A stretch of 55,699 bases of DNA from Thermoanaerobaculia bacterium (GTDB lineage: Bacteria > Acidobacteriota > Thermoanaerobaculia > UBA5066 > Gp7-AA6). Position 1 is the stretch's first letter. Every line of letters starts with the position of its first letter. Of this stretch, positions 10,660-18,292 are shown piece by piece. A program made the position numbers and the translations under genes. The stretch lies in the NCBI GenBank assembly GCA_041483715.1, contig JBGPGG010000003.1, positions 1 to 55,699 of the forward strand. Reading direction: 5' to 3'. The notes under the pieces are model-generated. The model was not told the origin of the DNA, ran no database searches, and saw only the letters and a program-made list of their open reading frames with translations.

Positions 10660-11424
10660 GTGCAGGAGCATCATTCAGTCCTTTTCAGGCCGATCAACGC
10701 GCTCCTGATCCGGCTGCTCGGCGAGCCGCCGGTCGAGCGGCTGTCACCCGGCCTGGCCCATTTCTTCTTCCCGGACGGGAAGGAAGCATGGATCCCGGAC
10801 GCGGCCATCATGACCCTGCTGCTCGTCGCGATGATTGCCGTTCTCTTCCCGCTAGCCGCCCGGCGGTTCGACCGCAATCGGCCGGGAGGCGTTCAGAACT
10901 TTCTCGAGATGCTGGTGTCGTTCCTGCGCGGCCTGGTCGGAGAAACGATCGGGGGGCACGACGCGACAACATACCTCCGGCTCATCGGCACGCTTTTCGT
11001 TTTCATCGCGCTGGCCAATCTCTTTGGCGTGTTCTTCTTTCTGCAGCCACCGACGGCGACCCTTTCGACGACTGTGGCCCTTGCTTTCGTGTCGTTCTTT
11101 TACTTCAACGTGCACGGCATCCGAGAGCACGGTCTGGGCGGGTATCTCAAGCACTTCATGGGGCCGATGCTGCTCATCGCGCCACTTTTCTTCGTCATCG
11201 AGATCATCGGCACGTGCGCGCGGGTTCTCTCGCTGTCGCTGCGCCTCTTCATGAACATCTTCGGGGAGCACACCACGACGAACGTCTTCGCGAGCCTGGT
11301 GCCGATCGTCGTGCCCTGGCCGATGATGGCGCTGGGAATCTTCACGGCCTTACTTCAGGCATACGTCTTCGCGTTGCTGACGGCCGTCTACGTTGGGTTG
11401 GCTGTGGCCCACGAGGAGCACTGA
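10660..11424 (+). CDS. atpB: F0F1 ATP synthase subunit a
   Basis: 254 aa, polytopic. Conserved a-subunit arginine helix ..LSLSLRLFMNIFGEH.. and C-terminal ..LLQAYVFALLTAVY.. Confidence 0.92.
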   Translation: MQEHHSVLFRPINALLIRLLGEPPVERLSPGLAHFFFPDGKEAWIPDAAIMTLLLVAMIAVLFPLAARRFDRNRPGGVQNFLEMLVSFLRGLVGETIGGHDATTYLRLIGTLFVFIALANLFGVFFFLQPPTATLSTTVALAFVSFFYFNVHGIREHGLGGYLKHFMGPMLLIAPLFFVIEIIGTCARVLSLSLRLFMNIFGEHTTTNVFASLVPIVVPWPMMALGIFTALLQAYVFALLTAVYVGLAVAHEEH

Positions 11425-11490
11425 ACCGGCAGTCGTGATAGCTTTCGCAAACCACAGCGCCGGACGGCGTGAAAAGAAGGAGATTTTGGG

Positions 11491-11808
11491 ATGCTGAAGA
11501 AGACGGTTCTGTTTCTTGCCTTGGCCTTGGTCCTCGCTGTGCCGGCGTTTGGACAGGAGACCGGGGGGGCGGCAGGCGCCTCCGGCGGGGTCAAGTGGGG
11601 CGTCATCGGCGCGGCGTTCCTGCTTGGGTTGGCCGTCTTCGGCGGGGCCGCGGCTCAGGGAAGGGCCACCGCCGCCGCCGCGGATGGCATGTCGCGCAAC
11701 CCGGGCGCGTCCAAGGACATCCGTGGCATGACGCTACTCGGCCTGGTTCTGATCGAGTCGCTGGTTCTGTACGCCCTCCTGATCTGCTTTCTCATTTACG
11801 GCAAGTAG
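11491..11808 (+). CDS. atpE: F0F1 ATP synthase subunit c with an N-terminal signal-peptide-like extension
   Basis: 105 aa. The hairpin core ..GGAAAQGRATAAAADGMSRNPGASKDIRGMTLLGLVLIESLVLYALLI.. aligns without gaps to c subunits (loop R-N-P, carboxylate E89). SD AAGGAG upstream. Confidence 0.9.
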   Translation: MLKKTVLFLALALVLAVPAFGQETGGAAGASGGVKWGVIGAAFLLGLAVFGGAAAQGRATAAAADGMSRNPGASKDIRGMTLLGLVLIESLVLYALLICFLIYGK

Positions 11809-11826
11809 CGCGGGCTTAGACAGCGA

Positions 11827-11858
11827 CGGGGGCCCCGACGGCCCCCGCGCGCTTTTTT
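11827..11858 (+). terminator. Rho-independent terminator after atpE
   Basis: 8-bp GC stem CGGGGGCC (11827-11834) / GGCCCCCG (11840-11847), 5-nt loop, then cgcgc + TTTTTT (11853-11858). Confidence 0.8.
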
Positions 11859-11890
11859 GTCCTCATTCGGGTACACTCTGACCCCGCGGA

Positions 11891-11916
11891 GAAACCTGCC
11901 ACCGGATGGGGACGTA
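11891..11916 (+). promoter_or_regulatory. Candidate ECF-type promoter (GAAAC-N17-CGTA) upstream of the ECF sigma gene
   Basis: GAAAC at 11891-11895 and CGTA at 11913-11916. This resembles the AAC/CGT architecture of ECF-dependent promoters. It lies about 125 nt upstream of ATG 12043. Confidence 0.25.
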
Positions 11917-12042
11917 TTTCCAAGTGAAAGGGCCCGACGGGTCCGGGGTCTACTCCGTAGAAAAAGCGGAGGTTAGCCCGGTCCGACCGGCGGCGAAGGC
12001 CGCGTGGCCGGACGGGCAAGGATCTTGCGCAAAGGAGAGGGC

Positions 12043-12693
12043 ATGGAAAGACTAAGCGTGCAGCAAGCTCCCGAATCGGTTGCTCCGCAGCCCGTGTCGG
12101 CGTGGGACTTCAACTCCCAGGCCATGCCCTTCGTGGATTCGCTCTACAACACGGCGTACCGGATGACCCGCAGCTCCGAGGACGCCGAAGACCTCGTGCA
12201 AGAGACCTTCTTCAAGGCCTACAAGTACTACGACAAGTTCGAGGAAGGCACGAATCTGAAGGCCTGGCTCTTCAAGATCCTCAAGAACACGTTCATCAAC
12301 AACTACCGCAAGAAGAAGCTCGAGCCCCGCAGCGTCGATTTCGCGGAGATCGAGGATTCGTTCGAGCGGATCGTCCGGCGCGACAGCGCTGTGCCCGGGT
12401 CCGACCCCGAGACCGAGTTCTTCACCGGCGTCATGGATGATGACGTCCGCAAGTCCCTGGAGGCGCTTCCCTACGACTACCGCATGGTCGTGATCCTGGC
12501 CGACCTCGAGGACTTCTCCTACAAGGAGATCGCCGAGATCCTGGACTGTCCCGTCGGCACGGTCATGTCGCGCCTCTACCGCGGCCGCAAGCTCCTGGAA
12601 AAGGCCCTCCTGAAATACGCCCGGAAGCACGGATACATCCGGGGGGCGGAGCCGACCAAGATGCGCACCCGTCCCCGCCCTCAGACCGCCTGA
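12043..12693 (+). CDS. ECF-family RNA polymerase sigma-70 factor (SigE/SigH-like)
   Basis: ATG 12043 is preceded by AAAGGAGAGG. Region 2 (..[41 protein letters not shown]) and region 4 (..[29 protein letters not shown]) are both present. Confidence 0.9.
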   Translation: MERLSVQQAPESVAPQPVSAWDFNSQAMPFVDSLYNTAYRMTRSSEDAEDLVQETFFKAYKYYDKFEEGTNLKAWLFKILKNTFINNYRKKKLEPRSVDFAEIEDSFERIVRRDSAVPGSDPETEFFTGVMDDDVRKSLEALPYDYRMVVILADLEDFSYKEIAEILDCPVGTVMSRLYRGRKLLEKALLKYARKHGYIRGAEPTKMRTRPRPQTA

Positions 12694-12732
12694 CGGGCAG
12701 GGACGACAGGCCCCGCCGGAGGGACGGAATAA

Positions 12733-12748
12733 GGGCCCCGCGGGGCCC
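12733..12748 (+). other. Perfect 16-nt GC palindrome/hairpin between the sigma and anti-sigma genes
   Basis: GGGCCCCGCGGGGCCC followed by gTTTccgTcTcT. It lies inside the 73-nt sigma/anti-sigma spacer. Confidence 0.5.
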
Positions 12749-12766
12749 GTTTCCGTCTCTGGCCCG

Positions 12767-13378
12767 ATGAACTGCGCAAGAGCCCGTTTTCTCCTGTACG
12801 CCTACCTGGACCGCGAATTGCCGAGTGCGGAGGGGGGAACCCTCGACCGCCATGTGGCTTTTTGCGCCCCCTGCGCCGCCCGGGCCCGTTCGGCCCGCGG
12901 CCTCTCGGGGCTTCTTCACTCTCGGCTCCGTTACGACCGCGCCCCTCAGGCCCTGCTGGACCGGCTCCGCAGCGGCCGTCTCGAGCCCCGGATGCGGATG
13001 CGGTACGCGCCCCTCGGCCTTGCCGCCTCGATCCTGCTCCTGATCCTCCCGCTCGTCGCCGATCAGGCCCCGCGCGGCGCGGTTTTCTCCATGGTCGCGC
13101 CGGTGGCCGTGACCGCCCCCCGGGGCATCCTCCCGGTCTCGCGCCAGATGAGCGGGACCTTCGTGTGCCTCCAGTGCGAGGGTCGCCACGAAAAGGAAAC
13201 CTGCCCGCTCACCGAGCCCGTCCACGAGCTCGGCTTCTGCGCCGACAACGGGGAGACCTTCCGCGTCATGACGACCGACGCCGCGTTCGCGTCCGCCTCG
13301 GTGGGCCAGGCGGTCACGGTCGAGGGCGTGGCCTTCCCCGAGTCCGGATTCCTCCGCGCCAGCCGCGTCGGATACTGA
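12767..13378 (+). CDS. Membrane-anchored zinc-binding (ZAS) anti-sigma factor with a Cys-rich extracytoplasmic domain
   Basis: N-terminal HxxxCxxC (HVAFCAPC), one TM helice (..LGLAASILLLILPLVA..), and a C-terminal domain with CLQCEGRHEKETCP...FCADNG. It is adjacent to the ECF sigma gene. Confidence 0.8.
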   Translation: MNCARARFLLYAYLDRELPSAEGGTLDRHVAFCAPCAARARSARGLSGLLHSRLRYDRAPQALLDRLRSGRLEPRMRMRYAPLGLAASILLLILPLVADQAPRGAVFSMVAPVAVTAPRGILPVSRQMSGTFVCLQCEGRHEKETCPLTEPVHELGFCADNGETFRVMTTDAAFASASVGQAVTVEGVAFPESGFLRASRVGY

Positions 13379-13411
13379 CGCGAGGCTGCGCCTCGCGCAG
13401 GAGACGGTTCA

Positions 13412-13486
13412 CAGTCGACGGTTGACAGGCCACAGCGGGAGAAAATTGCGCTCCGCCCTGTCGACTGTTGACTGTTGACTGTCGAC
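13412..13486. repeat. Inverted pair of heptamer arrays: CAGTCGA/CGGTTGA/CAGGCCA/CAGCGGG (13412-13439) and TGTCGAC/TGTTGAC/TGTTGAC/TGTCGAC (13459-13486)
   Basis: Read directly from the sequence. The right array is four clean 7-nt units. The left array is its degenerate reverse complement. Confidence 0.85.
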
Positions 13487-13505
13487 TCCCGACAATCGGT
13501 CGCGA
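13468..13505 (+). promoter_or_regulatory. Candidate promoter for the GHMP kinase gene, with the -35 supplied by a heptamer unit
   Basis: TTGACT (13468-13473), 17 nt, GACAAT (13491-13496), 9 nt, ATG 13506. No SD. Confidence 0.35.
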
Positions 13506-14507
13506 ATGTCCTCCGCGATGATCGAGGCCTCCGCCCCCGCACGCATCGACCTCGCGGGCGGGACGCTCGATCTCTGGCCCCTGCACGTCCTGCATCCCGG
13601 ATCGGTCACCGTCAACGTGGCGATCGATCTGCGCGCCCGGTGCCGGGTCCGCAAACGGGAGGGCAGCTTTCGCGTCACGGTGCCGGGCCTCGGGTACGAG
13701 CGCGTGGCCGCCAAACCCGCGGAACTGTTGGCGGATCCCAGGGGGGCACTCGCCGGGGCGCTGCTCGAGGCGCTCGAAATCGAGGAGCCGCGCGACATCG
13801 AGCTCTCTTCGGACGTGCCGTACAGCTCGGGCCTCGGCGGCTCCTCGGCGCTGACCGTGGCGATGGCGGCGGCGCTGGCCGCGAGCGCCGGCCGCGAGTT
13901 CGGGGGTCCCGGCGAGGTCGAGTTCGTGCGGGACGTCGAGACGCGCGTGCTCGGAAAGCCGGCGGGAGTCCAAGACTACTACCCGCCCCTGTCGGGCGGG
14001 CTGCATAACCTGCGTTTCCTTCCGGGCCGGATCGAGCCGGAGCGCCGGGAACTCGACCCGGAGGCGTGGCTGCGACACCTGACGCTCTTCGACACCGGCG
14101 CGTCGCACTCGTCGGGCATGAACAACTGGGAGATCTTCCGCTCCCGGCTCGAGGGCGACCTCGGCGTCGCGGCACGCCTCGACGACGTCCGGGAGGCCGC
14201 CCGCGAGATGGCCGAGGCGGCCGAGAAGGAGGACTTCCGCGCGATGGGCGCGGCGCTGCGAAGAGAGTGGGAAGCGCGGCGGCGACTGGCCCCGGTCGTC
14301 TCCTCACCCGGGATCGAATGCGTCATCGCGGCGGCGCTCGAAGCGGGCGCCTGGGGCGGCAAGGCTTGCGGCGCCGGAGGGGGTGGTTGCGTCGTCGTCC
14401 TCTCCGCGCCCGAGAAGACGCCGGCGGTGCGCGAGGCGCTGACCCGGTTGAGCGAGGGGCGGCTGCTCCTGGTGGCCGCGGAGAACCGCGGGCTCGCTGT
14501 CCGCTGA
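13506..14507 (+). CDS. GHMP-family sugar/small-molecule kinase
   Basis: 333 aa. ..APARIDLAGGTLDLWPL.. N-terminal motif and GHMP motif II ..DVPYSSGLGGSSALTVAMAAAL.., plus C-terminal ..GGKACGAGGGGCVV... The substrate cannot be assigned from sequence. Confidence 0.8.
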   Translation: MSSAMIEASAPARIDLAGGTLDLWPLHVLHPGSVTVNVAIDLRARCRVRKREGSFRVTVPGLGYERVAAKPAELLADPRGALAGALLEALEIEEPRDIELSSDVPYSSGLGGSSALTVAMAAALAASAGREFGGPGEVEFVRDVETRVLGKPAGVQDYYPPLSGGLHNLRFLPGRIEPERRELDPEAWLRHLTLFDTGASHSSGMNNWEIFRSRLEGDLGVAARLDDVREAAREMAEAAEKEDFRAMGAALRREWEARRRLAPVVSSPGIECVIAAALEAGAWGGKACGAGGGGCVVVLSAPEKTPAVREALTRLSEGRLLLVAAENRGLAVR

Positions 14508-14515
14508 CCGCGGCC

Positions 14516-14875
14516 TCAGATCCGGTCGAGCTCGACGACGGTGCGCTCCCCGACGACGTTGCCCGTGTTCAGCGTCGTCTTCGGCTCCATGAGCACGATC
14601 CAGCACTCGACTTCCGCCGAGGGCTTGTGCTCGGTTCCTTTCGGCACGATGAAGAACTCGCCTTCGGAAAGCTCGATGTCGCCGGTGCGCAGTCCCATCC
14701 GCAGCCGTCCCCGGACGACGAGAAACATCTCGTCCTCGTTCTCGTGGTGGTGCCAGACGAACTCGCCCTGGAGCTTGACGAGCTTGACCTGATGGTCGTT
14801 CAGGTCGCCGACGATCTTCGGGCTGAAATGGTCCTGGAAGAGCGCGAACTTCTCGAGCAGGTTCACCTTGTCCAT
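14516..14875 (-). CDS. Cupin domain protein
   Basis: 119 aa with cupin motifs (..GEFVWHHHENEDEMFLVV.G.. and ..GEFFIVPKGTEHKP..). SD GGGGGAGGTG upstream. Confidence 0.85.
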   Translation of the reverse strand: MDKVNLLEKFALFQDHFSPKIVGDLNDHQVKLVKLQGEFVWHHHENEDEMFLVVRGRLRMGLRTGDIELSEGEFFIVPKGTEHKPSAEVECWIVLMEPKTTLNTGNVVGERTVVELDRI

Positions 14876-14894
14876 GGCGGCTCACCTCCCCCGA

Positions 14895-16931
14895 TCACAT
14901 GCGGCCGGGCTCGGGGATCCCGAGGAGCCCGAGCAGGCGCGACATCTCCGTCCGGAAGATGCGCGCGATCGCCACCCGGCGGTTCCGGATTTCCGCGTCC
15001 GCTTCTTGGAGGATGGGCTGGCGGTGGTAGAAGTGGTTGAAGCTCTGGGCGAGGCCGAAGGCGTGGCGGGCGAGCGTCGCGAGCTCGAGCGAGTCCACGG
15101 CCCGTTCGGCGACGTCCGGCGTCGACGCGGCCTCGAGGGCGATCGCCCAGAGGTCGTCCTCCCAGTCCTGGCCGGCAAAGTTTCCGCCGTGAAGGGTGGC
15201 GGAGATGCCCTTCTCCTCGAGCTTGCGGAAGATGTTGTCCGCCCGCACGAGCGAGTACTGGAGGTACGGCCCGGTGTCGCCCTCGAAGTTCAGGGCCTCG
15301 TCGAAATCGAAGGCGATGATCTTGTTGCGGCCGATCTTGAGCAGAAAGTACCGCAGCGCGCCGATCGCGATGGCGCGGGCGTCCTGCTCGGCCGCGGGCG
15401 CGCCGCCCCCCGCATCCGGCCCGCGGCGGCTGGCGATCTCCGCGCGGGAGCGCTCGAGCAGGAGCTCGACGAGGTCGTCCGCCTTGACGCCCAGGCCCTT
15501 GCGGCCCGACATCTCGACGAACGGCTTCTTCTCGTCTTCGGCGGAGAGGCGGTATTCCTCGCCGAAGCGCTCGGCCAGCTCGCGCGCCGCCTTCGGCGAG
15601 AGCGCGACGATTTCGTAGGAGAAGTGGATCGAGCGGTCCGCCTCCGCCGTGTGTCCGAGGGCCCGCAGGCCCTCGCGGACGACCTTTTGCGGGTAGGACT
15701 GGCGCACGTCGATGACGTTGAAGACGCGCTCGCCGTGCCCGAAGGCCGGCGCGCCGGCGGCCCCGCCCTCGTGCGCGGTCCTCCAGATCGAATGGTCGAG
15801 GACCGCACGCGGGATCTCCTCCTCCCGCACGGAGCCCGAGCTCCAGGCCGGCCGGAACGCCGTGTAGTCGAAGTCGATCGGCAAGAGGCCGAACTTCCAG
15901 AGCTGGTAGGCGATGTCCTTGCCCGTGTACGTGACGGTACCGGTCGAGCGCACAAGGATCTTGTCGGGCTCCTCCATCCCGGCGAACTCCTCCGATTCGG
16001 TCAGGCGCAGCACCCAGCAGCCGGCGTGCTTGCCCTCGGTCTCGAGATGGATGGCGCCCTTCTCCTTGAGCATCGTGAACGCGCGCGCCCAGAATTGCTT
16101 GTGCAGGATGTCGCTCTCGCGCGGCAGGACGTCGTAGGCGATGCCGAGACGGCCCATCGTCGCCAAGTGCGCCGAGACCACGGCCTCGACGACCATGGCG
16201 GCGATCCGCGCCGTCTCGTTGCCGCCGGCTTCGATCGCATGCAGCACCCCGTCGCGCCAGGCCTTCGTCTCCGGGCGCGCGGCGTAGGTGCGACCGACCT
16301 CCGCGTAGAGGTCCCAGCACAGGTAGGCGAAGCCCTTCGGGTTCACCGCGCCGCCGGGCAAGCGGCTGTCGCGGATGACCTGGCGGGCGGCCTCGACGGT
16401 CGAGACGCCGCGCAGGTGGACGAGCCCCGCGACGACGTCGGCGACCTGTACGCCCGTGTCGTCCAGGTAGTTCTGGACCTCGACGGGGAAGCCCAGGTGC
16501 CGCAGCACGCGGACGAGGACGTCGCCGAGGACCGCGTTGCGCAGGTGGCCGATGTGGGCCGCCTTGTTCGGATTGATGTTGGTGTGCTCGACGATGATCT
16601 TTCCCGGGCGCGGCGGCGAGGGCGGCGACCCGGCGGAGAGCGCCTGGACCACCGGCCCGCGATCGAGGAAGAAGTTCAGATATCCGCCCCCCTCGACCCG
16701 CGCCTGCCGCACGCCCACGGGAAGCCGGATCGCCGCGGCGAGCTCGGTCGCGATCGCCCGTGGCGCCTTCTTCAGGGCCTTTGCGAGGTCGAAAGCGACC
16801 GGGCACGCGAGGTCGCCGAGCGCAATCTTGGGAGGCCGCTCGAGGACGACGCGCTCGACCTCCGCGCCGAGCCTTTCGCGCGCCGCGGCACGGAGAGCGT
16901 CCGCGATCGCCGTGCGAATGGCTTCCAGCAT
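14895..16931 (-). CDS. argS: Arginine--tRNA ligase
   Basis: 678 aa. Class I HIGH motif (..NINPNKAAHIGHLRNAVLGD..), and an anticodon-binding DALR-like C-terminus (..LARHAFGLAQSFNHFYH..). Overall ArgS architecture. Confidence 0.93.
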   Translation of the reverse strand: MLEAIRTAIADALRAAARERLGAEVERVVLERPPKIALGDLACPVAFDLAKALKKAPRAIATELAAAIRLPVGVRQARVEGGGYLNFFLDRGPVVQALSAGSPPSPPRPGKIIVEHTNINPNKAAHIGHLRNAVLGDVLVRVLRHLGFPVEVQNYLDDTGVQVADVVAGLVHLRGVSTVEAARQVIRDSRLPGGAVNPKGFAYLCWDLYAEVGRTYAARPETKAWRDGVLHAIEAGGNETARIAAMVVEAVVSAHLATMGRLGIAYDVLPRESDILHKQFWARAFTMLKEKGAIHLETEGKHAGCWVLRLTESEEFAGMEEPDKILVRSTGTVTYTGKDIAYQLWKFGLLPIDFDYTAFRPAWSSGSVREEEIPRAVLDHSIWRTAHEGGAAGAPAFGHGERVFNVIDVRQSYPQKVVREGLRALGHTAEADRSIHFSYEIVALSPKAARELAERFGEEYRLSAEDEKKPFVEMSGRKGLGVKADDLVELLLERSRAEIASRRGPDAGGGAPAAEQDARAIAIGALRYFLLKIGRNKIIAFDFDEALNFEGDTGPYLQYSLVRADNIFRKLEEKGISATLHGGNFAGQDWEDDLWAIALEAASTPDVAERAVDSLELATLARHAFGLAQSFNHFYHRQPILQEADAEIRNRRVAIARIFRTEMSRLLGLLGIPEPGRM

Positions 16932-16945
16932 GGGGCGCGAGTATA
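16932..16945 (-). promoter_or_regulatory. Candidate -10 (TATACT) 8 nt before the argS ATG; leaderless-type geometry
   Basis: The minus strand reads TATACTcgcgccccATG. The hexamer is at 16940-16945. No SD. Confidence 0.4.
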
Positions 16946-16958
16946 CGAGACGAGCCGA

Positions 16959-17037
16959 CAGTCTGCAGTCGAGAGTTGACAGTCGACAGTCAAGTCCAGC
17001 CTCGAGGACTGTCGACTGTGGACTGTTAACTGTCGAC
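16959..17037. repeat. Inverted heptamer arrays flanking a CCTCGAGG palindrome in the argS/SRPBCC divergent region
   Basis: Left array: CAGTCTG/CAGTCGA/GAGTTGA/CAGTCGA/CAGTCAA (16959-16993). Centre: CCTCGAGG (17000-17007). Right array: TGTCGAC/TGTGGAC/TGTTAAC/TGTCGAC (17010-17037). The arms are imperfect reverse complements. Confidence 0.9.
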
Positions 17038-17050
17038 TGGCGTCCGGCGC

Positions 17051-17062
17051 TAGAATGCCGGT
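17051..17062 (+). promoter_or_regulatory. Candidate -10 (TAGAAT) 6 nt before the GTG of the SRPBCC gene; leaderless-type geometry
   Basis: TAGAAT at 17051-17056, spacer gccggt, GTG 17063. No SD. Confidence 0.4.
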
Positions 17063-17542
17063 GTGATTTCCCCCGTCGTCCGTTCTGTTGCGGTCGGAGC
17101 TTCGGCCGTGGATGCCTTCGACGCGTTCACGCGCGTCTCGGACCTCCTGTCCTGGCTGTGCGAGGGGGCGCTCGTGGGACTGCGCCCTGGAGGCAACTGG
17201 GCGGTCGGCTTCACCGACCAGCGCGGGGTCACGGAGGCGACCGTGCTCGGCAAGATCGAGGAATTCGAACGCGGCCGCCGCCTGGTCGTCGGGGACATCG
17301 CATACGAGCCGCGCGAGGGCGAAGCGCTCTCGGGGATCCGCATGGAGCTGACCTTTTCCGAGAGCGAGTGTGGCTGCGTGGTGACGGTCTCGCAGGACGT
17401 GCCCGACGCCGGACCGGCCTACGAGCGTTACTCGGGCGAGGCGGGGACCGGCTGGGAAACGAGCCTGGCGGATCTGAAGAAGTATCTCGAGGGGCCGCGC
17501 CGCCGCCGTATCCTCATCGAAGTCGGCCTGCCGGAGAACTGA
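17063..17542 (+). CDS. SRPBCC (Aha1/START-like) domain protein
   Basis: 159 aa. The pattern ..V.ASAVDAFDAFT....L..W........LRPGG.W...F.......ATVLG.I.EFE.GRRL...... is typical of AHSA1/SRPBCC-fold proteins. Confidence 0.7.
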   Translation: MISPVVRSVAVGASAVDAFDAFTRVSDLLSWLCEGALVGLRPGGNWAVGFTDQRGVTEATVLGKIEEFERGRRLVVGDIAYEPREGEALSGIRMELTFSESECGCVVTVSQDVPDAGPAYERYSGEAGTGWETSLADLKKYLEGPRRRRILIEVGLPEN

Positions 17543-17545
17543 CGC

Positions 17546-18292
17546 ATGGACTGGACGGGAGTCGTGGAGACGGGAGCCTGCGCGATCTGCGGCGGCGCGG
17601 GCTGGGTGCTGGACTCCGCCGACGGCCGCAAGCAGGCGCGTCCCTGTGCCTGCCGCGCGGCTGGTCTCGCCCGCGCCCGGCTCGACTCCGCCGGCATTCC
17701 GCAGCGGTACCGCGACTGCACGCTCGGCAACTTTTCCGACAACAACGTCAGCCTCACGAAGGCAAAGACGGCGGCGCGCGACTTCGTGGACGCCTACCCG
17801 GTCGTGGAGGCGGGACTGTTGCTCGTGGGGCCGGCGGGCAGGGGCAAGACGCACCTCGCGTGCGCCATCCTCTCGGAGCTCGTGACGACCAAGGGGGTTG
17901 CGGGCCTCTATGTCGACTTTTCGGACCTGCTGATGAAGATCACGACGTCTTTCCGCCCGGACGCCGATGTTTCCAAGGAATCGGTCCTCACGCCTTACGC
18001 GGACGCGGAGTTCCTGGTGCTCGACGAGCTCGGCGCCTCCAAGCCGCATCCGTGGGTCCTCGACGTGCTCTACAGCCTGCTGAACACGCGCTACAACCGC
18101 AAGCGGATCACGGTGGCCACCTCCAACTTCGAGGACGATCTCGAGCCGTCCCAGGGCGAGCGCGAGAAGCTCGAGGACCGCATCGGCTACCGGCTGCGCA
18201 GCCGTCTCTACGAGATGTGCCTGATGGTGTCCCTGCGTGGGAGCGACTTTCGCAAGGACGTCCTCGGCACCCGGATCCGGTCCCGGTTTTGA
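17546..18292 (+). CDS. DnaC/IstB-like AAA+ ATPase with an N-terminal Cys4 zinc-ribbon
   Basis: 248 aa. CAICGG..(18)..CAC cluster, Walker A (VGPAGRGKTHLA) and Walker B (FLVLDELG). There is no adjacent IstA-type transposase. Confidence 0.8.
   Translation: MDWTGVVETGACAICGGAGWVLDSADGRKQARPCACRAAGLARARLDSAGIPQRYRDCTLGNFSDNNVSLTKAKTAARDFVDAYPVVEAGLLLVGPAGRGKTHLACAILSELVTTKGVAGLYVDFSDLLMKITTSFRPDADVSKESVLTPYADAEFLVLDELGASKPHPWVLDVLYSLLNTRYNRKRITVATSNFEDDLEPSQGEREKLEDRIGYRLRSRLYEMCLMVSLRGSDFRKDVLGTRIRSRF

Noticed and set aside
10082-11808. The atpZ-I-B-E cluster as part of an N-ATPase (atpDCQRBEFAG) island.
   Set aside because: There is no atpD/atpC upstream (nuoN is there instead). No atpF/A/G follows, and a terminator comes directly after atpE. 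The small proteins look like AtpZ/AtpI rather than AtpQ/AtpR. It is more likely the F0 half of a split conventional operon.
11816-12019. The small minus-strand ORF (67 aa) in the atpE-sigma intergenic region.
   Set aside because: It has no SD, no promoter-like element and an Arg/Pro-rich composition. It overlaps the atpE terminator and the candidate sigma promoter, so it is most likely a chance ORF.
17546-18292. The IstB/DnaC-like ATPase as part of an IS21-family mobile element.
   Set aside because: There is no IstA transposase, no terminal inverted repeats and no target-site duplication. The gene sits in a tight co-directional cluster with chromosomal genes.
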